Shown piece after piece: positions 25,360-35,239 of a stretch of DNA of 64,000 nt. The position numbers and the translations under genes are program-made. The stretch lies in IMG/VR virus record IMGVR_UViG_3300034095_000254; one strand, given 5' to 3'. The DNA is from a virus. Below the pieces are notes generated by a model. That model was given only the letters and a program-made list of their open reading frames with translations, searched no databases and was not told where the DNA came from. Numbering within the stretch: position 1 is the first letter of the stretch; each line of letters starts with the position of its first letter.

Positions 25360-25791
25360 TTATTTTGTTGCAGTCTTTTCTTTCCATTGAGCAATTGCAG
25401 GAATGATACCTGCATCTGATACAAGTTTCCATGTAATCTTTGGATACAGTTTCTGCAACTTCTGATCTTTAACTGCAATAAGAATTGCAGCTTCAGTAGG
25501 ATGGATACCTTCCAACAGACCAATAAACAATCCTTCTCGTTTAACTGGCTTCAAATCCTGACGGATAAACACATACATTTTCTTTGCTTCAAGAAATAAG
25601 TTTGTGTCGCACATTCCAACTGGTTGATCAGCAGGTTTAAATGGTGGCTCACCTTCAGGTAATAGCATCTTGTGCGATGGCAAGAAGTTGTGAGCAAACA
25701 ATACCTTTAGCAGAAATTCATTCTTGTGCTTCTCAAGTGTCTTTGGATCGTCATTGATCTCTTTAAGCATTTCGGTCACATATTGTTTCAT
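25360..25791 (-). CDS. Conserved T4-like protein (DUF6433-like)
   Basis: LPEGEPPF, KREGLFIGLLEGIHPTEA..LIAVKD. Confidence 0.75.
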   Translation of the reverse strand: MKQYVTEMLKEINDDPKTLEKHKNEFLLKVLFAHNFLPSHKMLLPEGEPPFKPADQPVGMCDTNLFLEAKKMYVFIRQDLKPVKREGLFIGLLEGIHPTEAAILIAVKDQKLQKLYPKITWKLVSDAGIIPAIAQWKEKTATK

Positions 25792-26684
25792 TAAAAATCC
25801 TCTAGTTCGTCTAATAGTAAACGGCAACGATGCTCAATCAAATAATTCATGATAGTCATCTTATCACCACTCGGTTGTGTATTTATGTATGCTTTAATAA
25901 TGTCTTCAGAAACATCAGGCGGAATGTGATCAAAGTCAACCAGTACACTATTGCGTTGCCAATTGCGTCGTTCTTCATCAGTTTTACACGCAATGAATCC
26001 ATTGTCAAAGAACTCTTGCAGTCGTTTGGCACTCATTGGCTTTTGTCGTTCACCCTTCATGAATACATCGTCTTTACTCAGGATGTTTGGAACTCCGTCA
26101 CCTGTATCACCCTTAACGATATGCTCAATCTTATGCTCAATGATTTCTTTCTGAGTTGCAGTAATGTATTTCTTCTGCATCGGAGACCACTGCTTCACAT
26201 TGTTGAACAACTGCAACTGCTTGAAGTCTTTATCAGAGGACAGAATCAATACCTTCTGTGGCTCTTCAACCAATCCTTGTACTACTAGGAGATTCTCTTG
26301 CATATACTTTACCAGTACTGCAATGATGTCGTCTGCTTCTGCACGATCCACATGCAATACACGATAAGGAAAGTGTGTTGCAAGGTCAGTACGCATCTCT
26401 GATAGTGTATCAAAGATCAACTTCCAATCCAGATCTGATTTATCTCGATTGCTCTTACGCATACCTTTATAGAACTCAAAGTATTCCTTGCGCCAGTACT
26501 TACGACCATCGCAACAGATGACTAACTCTCCGTAATCTTTACCATACTTCTTCTTGTATGACTTGAGAGTGGACAGAGTCACATGACGAATAAGATTCTT
26601 CACCTCTGCTTCACTACCCTTCAACTCACGCTGGAAGGTTAGGATGGCTGCAAGTGCCACCTGACTATAATCAACTAATATCAT
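25791..26684 (-). CDS. rnh: T4-type RNase H (5' nuclease)
   Basis: ILVDYSQ, YWRK..F..YKG.R, EADDIIA, SSDKDFKQLQ, GDTGDGVPN. Confidence 0.93.
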   Translation of the reverse strand: MILVDYSQVALAAILTFQRELKGSEAEVKNLIRHVTLSTLKSYKKKYGKDYGELVICCDGRKYWRKEYFEFYKGMRKSNRDKSDLDWKLIFDTLSEMRTDLATHFPYRVLHVDRAEADDIIAVLVKYMQENLLVVQGLVEEPQKVLILSSDKDFKQLQLFNNVKQWSPMQKKYITATQKEIIEHKIEHIVKGDTGDGVPNILSKDDVFMKGERQKPMSAKRLQEFFDNGFIACKTDEERRNWQRNSVLVDFDHIPPDVSEDIIKAYINTQPSGDKMTIMNYLIEHRCRLLLDELEDF

Positions 26685-26685
26685 A

Positions 26686-27798
26686 TTAAAATGCTCCCAG
26701 CAAAATACATTCTTCATTGACACGACCATTCGGTACAGTTACCGTAGTGGTTAATGGTTTCATTGCACCATTCAATGGTCGCTTACCCAGTACTAATCCC
26801 TTAAAGAATACATCTGGCTTGCGTAACATCTGTGTTTTGGATTCTTTAACATCGAATCCGATAATTGTAGTACCCTTAACTGTGAGCACATCATTGATTG
26901 CTTTGTAAACAGTTACCTTACGATATTTCGTGTTGTATACCCATACTTCAGACGATCCAACAATCGTCTCTGGTTTGATTGACTTAAGATTCAAGTCAGT
27001 AAATTCTTTCATGTACTTCATCTTGGCAACCACTTTACTTGGTGGTTGTGCTTTACGCTTTCGTGGGGCACGATTCGCTTTGGCAGTCTGTACTTGCTGA
27101 CTGCAATCAGTAATAATACCTTCCAAGAACTCAGCAAACTTCTTTAGCTCTCGTTTTGTAAAATGCGAGTATCCTTCGGTAAGTTGGTCATCGTCACCTT
27201 GGATGGCTTCACGAATCTCTTCCAACTGTCCAACATAGAACTCTCCAATTCGCTTTGCAATTGGTGCTGCCACTTCGTTTGATAGTAGATAATTCTTTGT
27301 CGAGAAGTTAGAACTCTTCGTTTGGGTAAACTCATCTATTGCTCCATCTATTTCTGCAGCAAGGTCATGTGCTTTCTCTTCCATTCGCTGTTGAATGGAA
27401 ATGACATTGGTAGGTAGTTTTTCGACTTCAATCTGTTCAACAATTTTCTTTGCATCCTCTAACAACACTTTCAATGTGTTAGTGTAGAATGGACTGACAT
27501 TACTCAGTTGCTTCAAGTCAGTCTGCTCATTTGACATGAGACGACATAGTGAACCAAATGTGGTAAATTTGTAGTCGGGGAGTTTCTTGAGTTGTTTAGC
27601 AATCTTGGGTTCTTTCTTTAGAAAGAAATCAATCGCAAACATCTTCTGTTCTTTTGCACCAGTGTTGACAGAGTAGTATGTCAACGCTCGACTCAGACTG
27701 GTCGTAAAGTCCAGTTGGTCGAGTGATGGTTCGAACTTCTTTTGTGACAACAGAATTGCATTATTCTTTGCACGACGCTTTGCAGTATTCACAGCCAT
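26686..27798 (-). CDS. Conserved T4-like hypothetical protein
   Basis: VWVYNTKYRK, VKGTTIIGFD, LRKP, NGRVNEECILL. Confidence 0.75.
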   Translation of the reverse strand: MAVNTAKRRAKNNAILLSQKKFEPSLDQLDFTTSLSRALTYYSVNTGAKEQKMFAIDFFLKKEPKIAKQLKKLPDYKFTTFGSLCRLMSNEQTDLKQLSNVSPFYTNTLKVLLEDAKKIVEQIEVEKLPTNVISIQQRMEEKAHDLAAEIDGAIDEFTQTKSSNFSTKNYLLSNEVAAPIAKRIGEFYVGQLEEIREAIQGDDDQLTEGYSHFTKRELKKFAEFLEGIITDCSQQVQTAKANRAPRKRKAQPPSKVVAKMKYMKEFTDLNLKSIKPETIVGSSEVWVYNTKYRKVTVYKAINDVLTVKGTTIIGFDVKESKTQMLRKPDVFFKGLVLGKRPLNGAMKPLTTTVTVPNGRVNEECILLGAF

Positions 27799-27827
27799 AG
27801 GTTTGTAACCTCCATAATATAATATCT

Positions 27828-27856
27828 ATTATACTACAAATTCTAATAAAAGTCAA
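27828..27856 (-). promoter_or_regulatory. Sigma70-like promoter
   Basis: TTGACT-17-TATAAT. Confidence 0.8.
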
Positions 27857-28427
27857 CAGAAAAATTGAAGTTTGCAACAATTCTTTTCTTGGAGAGAGAA
27901 GGATATCCAGCTGAATGCATTCTATCTCCAGAGAAAAACACCATTCTACCTTTTTTAGGTGTAACTGTTTTACAAATACTTAATGGATGCTGTAAATCTT
28001 TTGAATATTTCTCATTGTATAAAATAGTATCACCATCAGAATCATTGATATAGTATAATCCTGTCATGCTTACATTATTAGGTAATTCATCATTGTCTAA
28101 TAAATCTACATGAGGTATTTCAAATTTACCAGTTGTATAACTTCTTGTTTTAATATTTAATTTGATTCTCAATATTTCTTGAATTTGAAATGGAAATTTG
28201 GAAACTAAAGGTATAAACATATCATGCACAGATGAACTATTCACAATATGTGTAAATTGTGGGTTATCTTCATAAACTAATTCTTTGTCAGAATGTTTAT
28301 CTTTATCATTTCCATATTTTGACGATTCTTTGTAATACCATGGGAAATTATCAGAACAACAATAATTTAATATCTTGTCCTGATAATATACTGGTATAAA
28401 ATCATCTATAACTACAATGTCATTCAC
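27843..28427 (-). CDS. 2OG-Fe(II) oxygenase
   Basis: PHVD, YYINDSDGDT, PKKGR, MHSA, RIVANFN. Confidence 0.85.
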   Translation of the reverse strand: MNDIVVIDDFIPVYYQDKILNYCCSDNFPWYYKESSKYGNDKDKHSDKELVYEDNPQFTHIVNSSSVHDMFIPLVSKFPFQIQEILRIKLNIKTRSYTTGKFEIPHVDLLDNDELPNNVSMTGLYYINDSDGDTILYNEKYSKDLQHPLSICKTVTPKKGRMVFFSGDRMHSAGYPSLSKKRIVANFNFSVDFY

Positions 28428-28678
28428 TTGGATGTAATCTTTTCGTATAGTTCCACGAAGTCCTCGTGGTCTGCAACTTCCTGTGCAAGATTCTGTTTAT
28501 GATATGTCTTTGCAATCTTGGAAATAACTTTCTTCGGGATCTGCAATGTATCAGACTGGTCTTTAACGATCTCACGAATGAGATCTCGTTCTGCCTCAGT
28601 ACGAATCATTGAGTTGCTAATCTCTTGAATAGCATCTTGCAAAGTTTTCTTCTGTTCAGGTGTTAATGCGTAGTTCAT
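28424..28678 (-). CDS. Double-stranded DNA-binding protein, T4 DsbA-like
   Basis: EISNSMIRTEAERDLI...AKTYHKQN. Confidence 0.8.
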   Translation of the reverse strand: MNYALTPEQKKTLQDAIQEISNSMIRTEAERDLIREIVKDQSDTLQIPKKVISKIAKTYHKQNLAQEVADHEDFVELYEKITSK

Positions 28679-28866
28679 TTCTTTCTCCCAAATGATACTC
28701 CATTAGTTCCACCAACTACACCACCAAGAATGACTGTAGCCATCCATGTTTCAAGTGTGACTGGAATTGCCAATGCAGGGAATAATGTATTTAAAGACCA
28801 AATTGTTGCTATTGGAAATATAACTAGCAACACCAATATTACTATTAATACGAATAAAATTTTCAT
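28675..28866 (-). CDS. Small membrane protein
   Basis: IWSLNTLFP.LAIP.T..TW. Confidence 0.6.
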   Translation of the reverse strand: MKILFVLIVILVLLVIFPIATIWSLNTLFPALAIPVTLETWMATVILGGVVGGTNGVSFGRKK

Positions 28867-29159
28867 AGATCAAAACTCACTTTAGTTACGGAGTCCCATC
28901 GAAAGGATCTCCATTCTTGCTTTTCTGTATCAAATACTCGGACTGCGGAACCAGAATCCTTGGTACTTGACCCTTCGTTTTTTGGATGCTTGTCTGCTGG
29001 AATTCGTCCTTCACAGAGAGTACATCGCATATCTCTAGCTGTACCATCTTTTTTGGTAAAAGTAACACACAAATCTTTGATGTTGTTGTCATGTAGAATT
29101 CCTAGAGTCCATGTTTTAAATTCCTCGAATTCTTTATCCGTTTTGAACACTGTTTGCAT
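28863..29159 (-). CDS. SH3/WYL_2-fold protein
   Basis: VTFTKKDGT.R.MRCTL...VFD.EKQEWRSFR. Confidence 0.8.
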   Translation of the reverse strand: MQTVFKTDKEFEEFKTWTLGILHDNNIKDLCVTFTKKDGTARDMRCTLCEGRIPADKHPKNEGSSTKDSGSAVRVFDTEKQEWRSFRWDSVTKVSFDL

Positions 29160-29376
29160 TATCAATTTCCTTTTTCAAATCTTCAATCATTGGACCAAAA
29201 AATGATAAGAATTCTTTGGTATCATAAAATGTAGTATGCCCATGGTCTGTTAAAATCTTTCCATCTTCTTTATATGAAGTTTGCTTGATTGAAAACTCCA
29301 CTAAATCCCATGGATGTGACTTAACAGTAATTACCCTGCGCAAACCTTCCCGAACTAATTCATACTCATAGTTCAT
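29134..29376 (-). CDS. Hypothetical protein
   Basis: ORF from MNYEYEL. Confidence 0.55.
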   Translation of the reverse strand: MNYEYELVREGLRRVITVKSHPWDLVEFSIKQTSYKEDGKILTDHGHTTFYDTKEFLSFFGPMIEDLKKEIDNANSVQNG

Positions 29377-29488
29377 CTGTTGCCTTTCTGTGCTTAGGTT
29401 GACGAATGTACTGAACCTTACTCTCAACTACTCGCATGCGGTATTTGGGAGTGCGTAAATCCTTTGCTATTGGATCTCTAGGTTTCAT
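29366..29488 (-). CDS. Small basic peptide, ArfA-like (40 aa, leaderless)
   Basis: Manual ORF MKPRDPIAKDLRTPKYRMRVVESKVQYIRQPKHRKATDEL*; ATG 6 nt after TATAAT. Confidence 0.65.
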   Translation of the reverse strand: MKPRDPIAKDLRTPKYRMRVVESKVQYIRQPKHRKATDEL

Positions 29489-29494
29489 TTGTCT

Positions 29495-29523
29495 ATTATA
29501 CACGATCTTTCCTTACAAGGCAA
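29495..29523 (-). promoter_or_regulatory. Sigma70-like promoter, leaderless transcript
   Basis: TTGCCT-17-TATAAT-6-ATG. Confidence 0.75.
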
Positions 29524-29734
29524 ATTTCTTTAATGCTTCTTTTGCATCATTGCAATTACCCATTACATTATCCATCTCTGCGAGAATAATCATTTGTTGC
29601 AATGTATCTGCAAGTTGCTGGTCTTCCTCATCTAATAGATCATACCATTCTTCGTATTCTTCCAATGAATCCAAAGACCACATATGGTCTAGCATCTCCA
29701 CTTGATACTCAGTTAGGTGTTCTATTTGAATCAT
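29513..29734 (-). CDS. Acidic hypothetical protein
   Basis: ORF track. Confidence 0.6.
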   Translation of the reverse strand: MIQIEHLTEYQVEMLDHMWSLDSLEEYEEWYDLLDEEDQQLADTLQQMIILAEMDNVMGNCNDAKEALKKFAL

Positions 29735-30030
29735 ACCATTTCCTTAATGTTCGACCACTTGGCTAACTTTGCTCGCTTGGCTTGTGCTGCCTTTGCAACC
29801 ACTGAAGCATCAATAATTTCTTCTTCAGTTAGCATCTCAATCATGCAAAGCAAGTCACCAATTTCTTCTTCGAGTCGTTCACGATTGGTTGCACCATTGT
29901 GCTCACCATCAACTCCGAATCGGAACACCTTACTTATCGCTTGCGCAACTTCAGCACATTCCTCTTGACAGATAAGCATTATTTCTTCCTGTCGTGCCGT
30001 CTTCATTCTATTCACTACAAATTTATTCAT
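29731..30030 (-). CDS. MazG-like pyrophosphatase
   Basis: QEECAEV.QAISK..RFG, LEEEIGDL. Confidence 0.8.
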   Translation of the reverse strand: MNKFVVNRMKTARQEEIMLICQEECAEVAQAISKVFRFGVDGEHNGATNRERLEEEIGDLLCMIEMLTEEEIIDASVVAKAAQAKRAKLAKWSNIKEMV

Positions 30031-30031
30031 T

Positions 30032-30259
30032 TTAATCCCAGTTCTTTTTATCACCATACTGCTCATTGTAATCGTAGCCAGCATGGTATGCTTCAAATTC
30101 TACTTGAGTATCTGCTTCGACTCTTAGACCAGAACCACCACCGACTCCACCACGATGTGGGTCACGAGGACGACCATAGTAGGAATCAGCTGAACCACGA
30201 TCAAAGAATGAACCATGTTCAGTTTCGTAAGACTTGCCGTTGTAATCACCTCTTCGCAT
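30032..30259 (-). CDS. Conserved phage hypothetical protein
   Basis: HGSFFDRGSADSYYGR..DPH; AY.AGY. Confidence 0.7.
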   Translation of the reverse strand: MRRGDYNGKSYETEHGSFFDRGSADSYYGRPRDPHRGGVGGGSGLRVEADTQVEFEAYHAGYDYNEQYGDKKNWD

Positions 30260-30441
30260 TATTCATCTCCATAAGACATCATAACATTTTGCTTCTCAAG
30301 TTCCAACAACTCACGATCATACATTGCATTTTGTGCCCATTCCAATGGAACACCAAGTGTAACAGAGATGAATTTAGCAGACATACCCTGCTCAACCAAC
30401 TCATCAATTTGTAATGCTATTTCGCCCATTTTGCTCATAAT

Positions 30442-30657
30442 TTATACCTTTGAAATTTGTACATCATAAGAAACACGATTCATCTTGTGGTCATAAACAT
30501 GCATCGTTGACGCAATACCAATTGCGTTATGCATATCTTCAAACAACTGACGAACCACTGTATTCACACCAACAAAATCACCGACTCCACGCTTAATCGC
30601 TGCACCAGTCGTATAAAAAGATACACCATTCACAATCACACGATATTTCATAATCAA
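30442..30657 (-). CDS. Hypothetical protein
   Basis: ORF track. Confidence 0.55.
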   Translation of the reverse strand: MIMKYRVIVNGVSFYTTGAAIKRGVGDFVGVNTVVRQLFEDMHNAIGIASTMHVYDHKMNRVSYDVQISKV

Positions 30658-30660
30658 TCC

Positions 30661-30933
30661 TTATTTAAAAACTATCAAAGCCAACAAGATGCTGTTGAAG
30701 AAGAAACCAACTGCATTTGATACGATATACAGCGTATCTTTTTGCACGATTGCTCTAAACAAGAACAACATCAAACCAGACCAAACAAGGATCACCATGC
30801 TTACTGGTGGAACCGTATTTGAATAACCTAAAATCACTCCAAGAGTCGTTGGGAGAGTAGCACCATGAATCAGTACCATTCCTAACCAACCACTAAGAGC
30901 ACCTAACTTTTTAATTGTATTTTCATTTTTCAT
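30661..30933 (-). CDS. Three-TM membrane protein (PQ-loop-like), leaderless
   Basis: Hydrophobic; ATG 6 nt after TATAAT. Confidence 0.6.
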   Translation of the reverse strand: MKNENTIKKLGALSGWLGMVLIHGATLPTTLGVILGYSNTVPPVSMVILVWSGLMLFLFRAIVQKDTLYIVSNAVGFFFNSILLALIVFK

Positions 30934-30939
30934 ACAACT

Positions 30940-30968
30940 ATTATACACCATTTTGCAATTAAAGACAA
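30940..30968 (-). promoter_or_regulatory. Sigma70-like promoter, leaderless transcript
   Basis: TTGTCT-17-TATAAT-6-ATG. Confidence 0.75.
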
Positions 30969-30979
30969 GCACTTTCTGT

Positions 30980-31009
30980 AAATAAAAAACCCCTGCATCT
31001 ACAGGGGTT
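30980..31009 (-). terminator. Intrinsic terminator
   Basis: AACCCCTG-TAGATG-CAGGGGTT then TTTTATTT. Confidence 0.75.
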
Positions 31010-31042
31010 CTGGGAGAGGTAATAACCCTACAGGTCGTGGGG

Positions 31043-31468
31043 TTATCCCTTCAACTCACCTCGTTCGATGAGAATCTTCTTATTAGCCTGATGTTCTGCT
31101 TGTGTCAAGTCTTTGTTCTCGCCTTTGTATGGCACTGCGTAGTTGTTTTGGATTAACCAGTCATTGACACGAGTACCATCTTCAAGAACAAAGACACCAA
31201 GGATTCTACCAAACTTATCATCGTTGCTGTCAGGTTTTTGCGTTTCAATAATCTGCCATGATCCAATAGGCAATTTCTCTGCTAATTTCTTTTTAGAGAG
31301 TAGACCACGAACCTTTTCTTCTGCAATAGTAGTTCTTGATTCTGGAGTATCAACTCCAGCCATACGCACTCTTTGATTGGCAAGAATGATTTTGAAACCT
31401 AAGTCTAAATCGATGTCAACTGTATCACCATCAAGAACTTTAATAATCTTACATTTATATTGATACAT
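31043..31468 (-). CDS. Thermonuclease (SNase-like)
   Basis: DGDTVD, R.AGVDTPE, DKFGRILG. Confidence 0.9.
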   Translation of the reverse strand: MYQYKCKIIKVLDGDTVDIDLDLGFKIILANQRVRMAGVDTPESRTTIAEEKVRGLLSKKKLAEKLPIGSWQIIETQKPDSNDDKFGRILGVFVLEDGTRVNDWLIQNNYAVPYKGENKDLTQAEHQANKKILIERGELKG

Positions 31469-31734
31469 TATGCATCCTTTACATTAGCAATCTTTTCTTG
31501 ACCACGAGACCAAGCAGCAATACCGAGAATAGCACCCATAGCCATATGAAATAAACCAGCACCCTCAAGTGTTAGTGGTTTCCACTGAGTGATTGACTGT
31601 CCAGCACTATTTTGTAACAGACTCCACATGATTGGAAATATAATAAAATCTGTTATACATATAACCATGTATGTCCAACCCATGGCTGGACGCCATTTTC
31701 TATTCATCCAATCTTCGTTAGGAGAATTAGTCAT
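31468..31734 (-). CDS. Holin-like membrane protein (GTA 3TM holin-like)
   Basis: WRPAMGW, MGAILGIAAWSRGQEK. Confidence 0.65.
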   Translation of the reverse strand: MTNSPNEDWMNRKWRPAMGWTYMVICITDFIIFPIMWSLLQNSAGQSITQWKPLTLEGAGLFHMAMGAILGIAAWSRGQEKIANVKDA

Positions 31735-32200
31735 TTCTACTGTTCCTGAATGTTGGATCACCAGACTCAAACACTGGCATTGTAGTTGCATTTGCTAGTG
31801 GCGATACTGATGGAGCCATACCCATACCCATGCCCATCGCTGGTCTTGGCATTCCACCCATAGTTGTTGTAGTTGTTTGGCTAAAAGATTGAGCAGGTGG
31901 AGTTGGTGGTTTGTCCCAACCTTTGTTTGCTGCAGCAAGTGCTGCTTTTTGTGCATCTTTATCTCCACCTGCCAACATAATACCAGATAGAGTACCAGTC
32001 AAGAATGTAGCAATAGGGATGATCAACTCAAAGAACTTCTGGTCAATAGGACTGATAGCGTTCAATGGCTGAGTAACAAAGATGATAGAGTAGAGAACTA
32101 CGAAAACAATTCCAACAAGGGTAAATGATAGACAGATACCGATGAAGAATTTTAAACGAGCCATTAACTGCTCTTCTGAATACATAACTGGTTCACTCAT
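31727..32200 (-). CDS. Membrane protein with Met/Pro-rich tail
   Basis: Two TM helices; IATFLTGTLSGIML. Confidence 0.65.
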   Translation of the reverse strand: MSEPVMYSEEQLMARLKFFIGICLSFTLVGIVFVVLYSIIFVTQPLNAISPIDQKFFELIIPIATFLTGTLSGIMLAGGDKDAQKAALAAANKGWDKPPTPPAQSFSQTTTTTMGGMPRPAMGMGMGMAPSVSPLANATTMPVFESGDPTFRNSRND

Positions 32201-32475
32201 TTGCATGCTCCTGCTGGTAGTGGTGTTGACATTGATGGTGGAGTTGACTTACCTTCTCCATCCTTTGGTGGTCCAAGACGAGGATCTCTTTGACCTTTAA
32301 ATATATGCTCTGGACAAGTTCTTGTGACATCGCATAGTGGCATTTTACAGATATCCTTATCCCAGTTCGCTGGATTTTGGCATGGATAACGGAAACTTTC
32401 TTTACTAACTATTGAGAAACCAATAGGTATCACCAAAAGAATAGCCAGTCCCCACATTAAATGTTTATCGTTCAT
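32197..32475 (-). CDS. Cys-rich exported protein
   Basis: TM then FRYPCQNPANW..C..P.C....CPE. Confidence 0.65.
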   Translation of the reverse strand: MNDKHLMWGLAILLVIPIGFSIVSKESFRYPCQNPANWDKDICKMPLCDVTRTCPEHIFKGQRDPRLGPPKDGEGKSTPPSMSTPLPAGACK

Positions 32476-32504
32476 TTTAATCCTTTTTGTAACTATTATT
32501 TAGT

Positions 32505-34532
32505 TTACTTGCTTGTTGCATGATAAACTCCATCCCAATCGGATGGTTTACCTTTGTTTAATCGTTCCAACATCAATTCATAATAATGCTTCAGTTCACT
32601 ATCTTCTGTAATAAGAGTTTTACAATGTTTTTTAGCATTTTCCCAATCACCTTTATAGTAATCCGAAAGAAATTCCTCATGCATTTGATTTGATTTTGCT
32701 ATTGCGTAAATGTGCAGACCAATTGTCTTACCCTTTACTGCGATACAATCAAGTTGTGTCACATCATAAACATGTTTCACTCGTTCTGCTGTATCTGGAC
32801 CAATAACCAGTAGAACTCCATAACCTTTTGTTTGTCCTTCAAGTCGTGCTGCAGTTGACACTGAATCACCCAGCACATCATAACCATAACGATCGTTGGC
32901 ACCAATGTTACCAATCAGAGTTGGACCAGTGTTTACACCAGCACCCATACCAACAGGTGGACGACCTTCCGCTTGAAGAACCTTATTGAACTCTTCAATT
33001 GCTTGAATCATTTCAAGAGCAGTTCGTACTGCAGTAACTGGATGGTCTTCGTCATCAACTGGTGCATTGTGCACATGTAGTGAGGCATCACCAATAAACT
33101 TAATAATACAACCACCATTCTTTAGCACTGGCTTAGACAATGCATCCATGTAGCGATTCATAACAGCAGTCAATCCTTGTACATCAGCACCGAAGGATTC
33201 ACCCAGTGTAGTGAAACCACGCAAGTCTGTCATAACGATAGACAGATCTCGTTTTTCACCCTTTAGTCGTTCTGCTGCACCTTCTGGATCTTCTGCCAAT
33301 TGGTTGACAATAATTGGAGATACATATCCGCCAAACTGTTTCTTGATTTGCAGTTTCGCACGCAACTCGACAAGGAATTTGACAATGTATCCATGGAAGC
33401 TGCAGAGGATAATGGTAAGAATCGGGAACACAGCATCAAGTAGATAGCCGTATCCAGTAAATAATTGGAAGCCACCAAAATAGGCGAGTGCTGATAGAGC
33501 GATCGCAAAGATGTATCCATGTGTGAACCTTGTGAGATAGATTGAAAGAATAACTGTCACTATCATAAATACCAACTCAGCCAGCAATGACCATTCTGGT
33601 CTGCTGATTACGGAACCACTTGTTACTGTATCTAAAACTGCTGCTTGAATATAATGTGGATAGCTGGATCCACTGGCAGTGGCGACAGGGTTTGTAAGAC
33701 CTTTAGCTGTAAGCCCGACAATAACGATTCTACCGCCAAAGTCTTTTGGTAAGTTGCTTGCTGAGTATACAGCAGGTTGTTTGTTGGAGTCAATCCAAAT
33801 TCTACCGATCTCGTCTGTAGTAATTTTTCCGAATTTAGGGATGCGAACAGCTTCGATTCCTCCATCGGTGACTTTGACTTGGAAACTTGGGTCTCCTGAG
33901 ATAACACGCAGCGTTTCCAAACTAATGCTAGGGAACAATTGTCCACCTGCATTGACGACCATTGGTACTCTTCTGGTGACGCCATCGATTTCGGGGAGAG
34001 TATTAACAACACCAATGCCAGCAGCAGAGTCATTAAAAAGTTTGATGTTGGGTTCAATAGCATTGTATCTAATTCCTGTAGTTTCAGCAGAGCCACCAAT
34101 TACAGAAACACCTGGAGTAAATGGTGGATACTTATTTTTAATATTGTCATTAGTAGCAGTCTGTGGTAAAATCACAGGTGCTTGTTTCATTAATTTTTCT
34201 AACTGAGCATCTTGACCAAAACGATCAGACTCAGGCATATAGATGTTAAGGACAACCAACCCAGCACCATGAGAATACAAATCAGCAACCAGTTGGGCAT
34301 ACTGCCCACGAGGGAATGGGAACTGTCCTTTTTGTCGAATATAGGCATCGTCTATGTTTACAACTGCCACTTGTTCAGAGGTAGTTGCACCTTTACTTGT
34401 TATTAGTTGATCAAAATAACGAAGACGAACTGACTCGACAAAAGATGGATCTGCCATTCTAATAATGACCAAAAGCACTAGGGTTACTAGTGCCATCCAT
34501 GGTGATAGTAATTTTTTCATTAGTCTGTTCAT
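32505..34532 (-). CDS. CHASE2-domain class III adenylate cyclase
   Basis: N-terminal TM, CHASE2 (GQFPFPR, EIDGVTRR), 3 TMs, cyclase motifs TDLRGFT, KFIGDA, YDVLGD.V.TAARLE. Confidence 0.92.
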   Translation of the reverse strand: MNRLMKKLLSPWMALVTLVLLVIIRMADPSFVESVRLRYFDQLITSKGATTSEQVAVVNIDDAYIRQKGQFPFPRGQYAQLVADLYSHGAGLVVLNIYMPESDRFGQDAQLEKLMKQAPVILPQTATNDNIKNKYPPFTPGVSVIGGSAETTGIRYNAIEPNIKLFNDSAAGIGVVNTLPEIDGVTRRVPMVVNAGGQLFPSISLETLRVISGDPSFQVKVTDGGIEAVRIPKFGKITTDEIGRIWIDSNKQPAVYSASNLPKDFGGRIVIVGLTAKGLTNPVATASGSSYPHYIQAAVLDTVTSGSVISRPEWSLLAELVFMIVTVILSIYLTRFTHGYIFAIALSALAYFGGFQLFTGYGYLLDAVFPILTIILCSFHGYIVKFLVELRAKLQIKKQFGGYVSPIIVNQLAEDPEGAAERLKGEKRDLSIVMTDLRGFTTLGESFGADVQGLTAVMNRYMDALSKPVLKNGGCIIKFIGDASLHVHNAPVDDEDHPVTAVRTALEMIQAIEEFNKVLQAEGRPPVGMGAGVNTGPTLIGNIGANDRYGYDVLGDSVSTAARLEGQTKGYGVLLVIGPDTAERVKHVYDVTQLDCIAVKGKTIGLHIYAIAKSNQMHEEFLSDYYKGDWENAKKHCKTLITEDSELKHYYELMLERLNKGKPSDWDGVYHATSK

Positions 34533-34543
34533 TTTCTTACTAT

Positions 34544-35239
34544 TTAGTTTCTAATGTATGACCACGCTCCACAACCTGCAGAACATTGTATATTCATAGA
34601 ACCTTGATTGGCTTGAGTGGGGTTTGTTTGTTGCACAGTTACTGCTGCACCAGTGGCTCCATTTAAATTAACTTGGAACGATTTATCTGCGCCAGCACCA
34701 CCAGCCTGTGTTGCATTGATAGTATTACCACTGTTTATTGTACCAGTACCAGTGACAATATTAAACTCATGATTACCTGCTCCATTTTGATCAATGTTTA
34801 TATTATTACCAGAACCACTTAAATTCTGAATACTGGAATTATGAGTACCAGCACCTTGTTGTAAAATATTAACTCCATTGTTTATTCCTGATCGAATTTC
34901 TACTGTGGCAGTTTTTACACCAGTATCTCTTTGAACTATACTTATGTTTGTATTGTCAACTGCAGATGATGCTCCAAGATTTATAGATGCATTATGTGCA
35001 GCATTGTATTGTTCAATATTGATTACATTATTAGAACCAACTTGAGTAATGTTTACCAATGAATCAGCAGCAATTGCTTTCTTAGGAACTAAAAATGCCA
35101 GCATTAAAAATAACAAAAATGGTATGGTAACCATTAAAATTCCAAGAAAGAAATTTCGTTTGTTTTCTCGATCTTTGGCTAATCTTCTATTTCGTTCAGA
35201 CTGACCATAGTTTTCATTTACTTGATGATTATTATACAT
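34544..35239 (-). CDS. Curlin-repeat-like protein
   Basis: Q-x-G-x-x-N repeats (ITQVGSNN, ILQQGAGTH, IDQNGAGNH) after TM/signal. Confidence 0.7.
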   Translation of the reverse strand: MYNNHQVNENYGQSERNRRLAKDRENKRNFFLGILMVTIPFLLFLMLAFLVPKKAIAADSLVNITQVGSNNVINIEQYNAAHNASINLGASSAVDNTNISIVQRDTGVKTATVEIRSGINNGVNILQQGAGTHNSSIQNLSGSGNNINIDQNGAGNHEFNIVTGTGTINSGNTINATQAGGAGADKSFQVNLNGATGAAVTVQQTNPTQANQGSMNIQCSAGCGAWSYIRN

